Shown: one piece after another, positions 43,318 through 46,411 of the stretch
Layout: every line of letters starts with the position of its first letter
Numbering within the stretch: the first letter of the stretch is position 1
DNA from: Candidatus Vogelbacteria bacterium
Lineage (GTDB): Bacteria > Patescibacteriota > Minisyncoccia > Phycocordibacterales > XYD1-FULL-46-19
Assembly (NCBI GenBank): GCA_023267075.1
Contig: JAHFNY010000002.1
Location: 1 to 46,411 of the forward strand
Length of the DNA stretch: 46,411 nucleotides
Direction of reading: 5' to 3'
Made by a program: the position numbers and the translations under genes
Notes under the pieces: model-generated
Seen by the model: the letters and a program-made list of their open reading frames with translations, nothing else
The model's database searches: none
What the model was told of the DNA's origin: nothing

Positions 43318-44118
43318 CTAATCAGTCGCCAGCTCAAACAAGTTCTCAAACAGTTTGGCCACGGTGATGGGGCCAACGCCGCCGGGGACGGGGGTAAAGA
43401 TCGCACATTTGTCGGCACAAGCAGGGTCGGCGTCGCCGGCCAGTTTGCCACTCGCTCCTGCCTCGCCGGCAGGCAGGTCGCTCGTGGCGGCATCAATTAA
43501 AATCACTCCCTCTTTAATCATCGCCGGTTTAATAAAGTGCGGTCGGCCGGCGCCGCTCACCACAATATCGGCCACTTTTAGTAAATCAATTAAATTATCG
43601 GTTTGAGAGTCGGCCGTTTCCACCACCGCTCCTTGTTGAGCAAGCCACACCGCCACCGGCCGGCCCACCAACTTACCTTTGCCAATCACTAGCGCTTTTT
43701 TCTTGGCGACCTCAATTCCATTTTGACTTAAAATCTCGGCAATAGCGCCAGACACTGGATCCAAGACTTTTGGCTCTGGCCCCAGAGCATCAACGTCCTT
43801 CTCGGCTGGTACCAAAGCCAAAATCTTTTCTTGATCTAAATGTTTGGGCAATGGCAACTGAACTACAATGCCAGTAATATTCTGATCATCACCCAATTTC
43901 TGAACCACCGCCTCCACATCAGCTTGAGCAATGTTGGCCTCATACTCCAACACCCGCACCTCCACCCCAATCGCTTCGCCGAATTTTTTCTTAATATTAA
44001 CAAATGAGACCGAGGCCGGATCCTCCCCCACCAAGACCGCCGCCAGAATGGGCTTGGGTTCCTTCAATTTCAACTGCTCTTTAATTTCTGCCGCGAGGGC
44101 CTTACCATCCACAATCAT
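43318..44118 (-). CDS. folD: bifunctional methylenetetrahydrofolate dehydrogenase/cyclohydrolase
   Basis: Contains MIVDGKALAAEIKEQL, AAVLVGEDPASVSFV, GIVVQLPLPKHL and TPVPGGVGPITVAKL. Confidence 0.9.
   Translation of the reverse strand: MIVDGKALAAEIKEQLKLKEPKPILAAVLVGEDPASVSFVNIKKKFGEAIGVEVRVLEYEANIAQADVEAVVQKLGDDQNITGIVVQLPLPKHLDQEKILALVPAEKDVDALGPEPKVLDPVSGAIAEILSQNGIEVAKKKALVIGKGKLVGRPVAVWLAQQGAVVETADSQTDNLIDLLKVADIVVSGAGRPHFIKPAMIKEGVILIDAATSDLPAGEAGASGKLAGDADPACADKCAIFTPVPGGVGPITVAKLFENLFELATD
43457..43479. repeat. GC-rich palindromic element, copy 3 (in frame in folD)
   Basis: CCTGCCTCGCCGGCAGGCAGGTC. Its reverse complement matches copy 2 at 20 of 22 aligned positions. It encodes LPAGEAGAS. 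Confidence 0.7.
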
Positions 44119-44121
44119 AAA

Positions 44122-45021
44122 TTATAATAACTCGGCAATACCGTCTTCAATTTTTACCTGCGGTTCCCAACCGATTAACTTTTTCGCCAGAGAATTATCG
44201 GCTAAAGAATCTCGTGGTTCAAGACGAGCTGGAATGTGAATCACTTCCCCACCCACCAATTCCGCAATTCGATTAACCGAGACTCCATTGCCTCCACCCG
44301 TGTTCATTACTTCTCCCTGACCAACGTTATTACTTTCTGCGGCTAAGATATTCGCTCTAACAATATCTTTAATATTAGTAAAATCTCTGGTCTGCTCGCC
44401 GTCGCCAGTAATCGTCAGCGGTTCACCCCGTTTCTTTTGCTCAATAAATTTCCCAATCACCAGAGCATACGCCCCTTCGGCATTGTAACGCGGACCATAG
44501 ACATTAAAGTAACGTAAAGAAACGGTGGGTAATCCATAGACCATGGAAAAAACGCGGCAATATAATTCCCCAATATATTTTTGCAAACCGTACGGGCTCT
44601 TCGGATTAGCCGGCATTGTTTCCACCAGGGGCAAGATCGGTTGATCACCATAAGCCGAGCTGGAAGCGGAGTAAATAAGCTTTTTCACCCCCGCCTCTTT
44701 GGCGGCGACTAAAACATTTAAAGTGCCGGAGACATTGGTGTCATTAGTTTCTACTGGATGCTCAATGGAGTACGGCACCCGGGGCAAAGCGGCGAGATGG
44801 AAGACCCATTCAATATCTTTGAACAAGGGTTTAATTTCTTCTAGATTTCTAATATCGGCAAGATGGAAAATGGCTTGAGAATTAACATTCTCCTTTTTCC
44901 CCCCGGCTAAATTATCTAACACGTGGACTTCATGCCCGGCCGCCACCAAGGCATCGGTTAGATGAGAACCAATAAAACCTGCCCCGCCCACGACTAAAAC
45001 TTTCTTTTTTGTTGTATCCAT
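44122..45021 (-). CDS. NAD-dependent sugar-nucleotide epimerase/dehydratase (extended SDR, GalE-like)
   Basis: Contains VLVVGGAGFIGSHL, ASSSAYGD and SPYGLQKYIGE (YxxxK). Confidence 0.8.
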   Translation of the reverse strand: MDTTKKKVLVVGGAGFIGSHLTDALVAAGHEVHVLDNLAGGKKENVNSQAIFHLADIRNLEEIKPLFKDIEWVFHLAALPRVPYSIEHPVETNDTNVSGTLNVLVAAKEAGVKKLIYSASSSAYGDQPILPLVETMPANPKSPYGLQKYIGELYCRVFSMVYGLPTVSLRYFNVYGPRYNAEGAYALVIGKFIEQKKRGEPLTITGDGEQTRDFTNIKDIVRANILAAESNNVGQGEVMNTGGGNGVSVNRIAELVGGEVIHIPARLEPRDSLADNSLAKKLIGWEPQVKIEDGIAELL

Positions 45022-45035
45022 CTTTAGATTATACT

Positions 45036-46325
45036 TTAAGCACCCTTAGTTGATAACAGGGTCCGAATAGTTTTCAAACCAATACTCACATCAAGCCACA
45101 GACTCCGGTGTTTAATATAATATAAATCGTAAGAAAGTTTTTCTTTAGTTGCATCCACCGCGGGGGCAAAGTGCGGATGATTATCATGATAAATCTGGGC
45201 CCAACCAGACAAACCAGGAGCGATCAAATAACGGAGATCATAATATGGGATATCCCGCCGATACAAAGCGGCATAATCCGGCTTCTCGGGCCGCGGACCA
45301 ATTAACGATTGTTCACCCATGATGACGCTCCAGAGTTGAGGCAATTCATCTAAACGAGTTTTGCGTAAAATTTTTCCTAATCGAGTAACATGCCGAGCAG
45401 AGAGATCCATCTCCATCGACATGCTTCTGAACTTGTAGACTACGAACTCCTTCCCATTCCGACCTACCCGATGATCAGCGTAGAACATTGTTCCCCCATC
45501 ACTTAATTTAATCGCGATAAAAATGAACGGGTAAATGACTAAAGAAATTAAACCGAGGGGTAAAGCTACAGCCAGATCGATCAGACGTTTAACTAAGTCG
45601 TAGACACCCCGCCGGGGTGTAGAAACATTATTAATTACCCACCGCTCGTTGATAAGCTCCACCGGCACACGCCGGAAAACTAATTCATATAAATCAGATA
45701 GCGTTAATAAAATACTACCAGAAAACATGGAGCGATAAATTTGGGTAAGTCCTGAAGCTACTTGAGGGTCATCGGGATTAAAAACTACCATTGCCCCAGG
45801 TGTAAGAGTCTGTGGTTCAGCTACTTGGCTAACTTTAAGATTATAATCAGTATTAGTTGAAAGCTCGTCTTTTAATTCACTAACTTCCTTACCACTACCA
45901 ATAAAAATTATTTGTTCGGCTCGGCCGCGGTAGAGGTGATGCACAAAATAGCGCCGCCAAACTAAGATGAAAATAAATGAGACGAGTAGATAGATAAAGA
46001 GATTAGTCCGCGGGGCAATGCCGACAATTGGCACATAGTAAAAGAAAATAATCGCCAAAATGGTGTTAACAATTTGCGCATTGGCAATGGTCTGAGGCAG
46101 ATCTTTCTTAAACAGTGAGGTCGGCCGACGGTAGAGGTCAAAAATGAAAAAGACAATGATCCAAGCCACCCAAATGGCGGTAAAGGCTTGGAGGTGACTG
46201 TCAAAGAGGCTACTGGTAGGCCACTCCCCATAACGCAAAAAAAGCGTTACCCATAAAGCGGCAATAAATAGGATAATATCCCCCAATAAGAGGACAATGG
46301 TGGCGCGATGGCTACGGAATTTCAT
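45036..46325 (-). CDS. polyprenyl-phosphate sugar phosphotransferase (Bac_transf, WbaP/EpsB-like priming enzyme)
   Basis: N-terminal TM helices, then KRLIDLAVALPLGLISL, YKFRSM, DELPQLWSVIMGEQSLIGPRPE and PGLSGWAQ. Start taken at ATG 46325. Confidence 0.85.
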   Translation of the reverse strand: MKFRSHRATIVLLLGDIILFIAALWVTLFLRYGEWPTSSLFDSHLQAFTAIWVAWIIVFFIFDLYRRPTSLFKKDLPQTIANAQIVNTILAIIFFYYVPIVGIAPRTNLFIYLLVSFIFILVWRRYFVHHLYRGRAEQIIFIGSGKEVSELKDELSTNTDYNLKVSQVAEPQTLTPGAMVVFNPDDPQVASGLTQIYRSMFSGSILLTLSDLYELVFRRVPVELINERWVINNVSTPRRGVYDLVKRLIDLAVALPLGLISLVIYPFIFIAIKLSDGGTMFYADHRVGRNGKEFVVYKFRSMSMEMDLSARHVTRLGKILRKTRLDELPQLWSVIMGEQSLIGPRPEKPDYAALYRRDIPYYDLRYLIAPGLSGWAQIYHDNHPHFAPAVDATKEKLSYDLYYIKHRSLWLDVSIGLKTIRTLLSTKGA

Positions 46326-46374
46326 CGTCGCCGATAATACCACAAAAAGCGTTTTTATGCTATAGTCCAGAGCA

Positions 46375-46411
46375 ATGAAAATTATTTATTTGATTACCAA
46401 AGGCAATTGGG
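46375..46411 (+). CDS. start of an ORF running off the window (MKIIYLITKGNW...)
   Basis: ATG at 46375, 8 nt after TGcTATAGT (hexamer 46361-46366). Only 12 codons are visible, so I make no family call. Confidence 0.3.
   Translation, partial: MKIIYLITKGNW

Noticed and set aside
41428-43606. Track ORFs 41428..41625, 43308..43496 and 43355..43606
   Set aside because: They are alternative-frame or antisense ORFs kept open by GC-rich palindromic-element sequence inside the 617-aa gene and folD. They have no independent coding signal.

Overview
This is a gene-dense 46.4-kb window, mostly on the minus strand. It looks like a chromosome segment from a Candidate Phyla Radiation (Patescibacteria/Parcubacteria-like) bacterium; that assignment is inferred from the 16S features and gene content, not from any search. 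Layout:
- 1-19801: a large surface-glycan assembly cluster. It holds a Wzy/O-antigen-ligase-like protein, a Wzx-like flippase, six GT4 and three GT2 transferases, two GT-C membrane transferases, three SAM-methyltransferase domains, an RmlD-like reductase and a B12-binding radical-SAM enzyme.
- 19810-26005: an orphan TraG/VirD4-like ATPase, a DUF4015-type glycoside-hydrolase-like protein, murC, a Nudix gene and murD.
- 26041-29170: a plus-strand DedA / GT4 / GT2 / sphingomyelin-synthase-like PAP2 operon.
- 29215-29288: tRNA-Ile(GAT) with its own promoter and terminator.
- 29289-33960: about 4.7 kb of compositionally different, largely decayed foreign DNA. It contains a serine-recombinase 3' fragment, an orphan fragment, intact cutA, a helicase C-terminal pseudogene and small ORFs.
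- ~34166-36481: a 16S rRNA gene on the minus strand, interrupted at the decoding centre by an 849-nt insertion that encodes a LAGLIDADG homing endonuclease.
- 36747-38577: a 2-TM protein gene and a very AT-rich gene for a predicted PD-(D/E)xK nuclease.
- 38606-46325: secF, secD, a 617-aa conserved hypothetical, folD, an SDR epimerase and a priming sugar transferase.

The observations I rate highest:
- The 16S gene has no recognisable CCUCC anti-Shine-Dalgarno tail. A 167-nt hairpin-rich segment lies between helix 45 and a 26-bp leader/trailer processing stem.
- Native genes lack SD motifs and carry TATAAT-like boxes 5-10 nt upstream of their ATGs, which looks leaderless. The putative foreign genes carry strong SDs.
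- A ~23-nt GC-rich palindromic element centred on GCCGGC is inserted in frame in at least four genes: a GT-C gene, murD, folD and the 617-aa gene. A possible fifth, diverged copy lies in murC.
- The nuclease and 2-TM gene pair is wedged between secF and the rRNA promoter.

I saw no CRISPR array, 23S or 5S gene, or complete mobile element.
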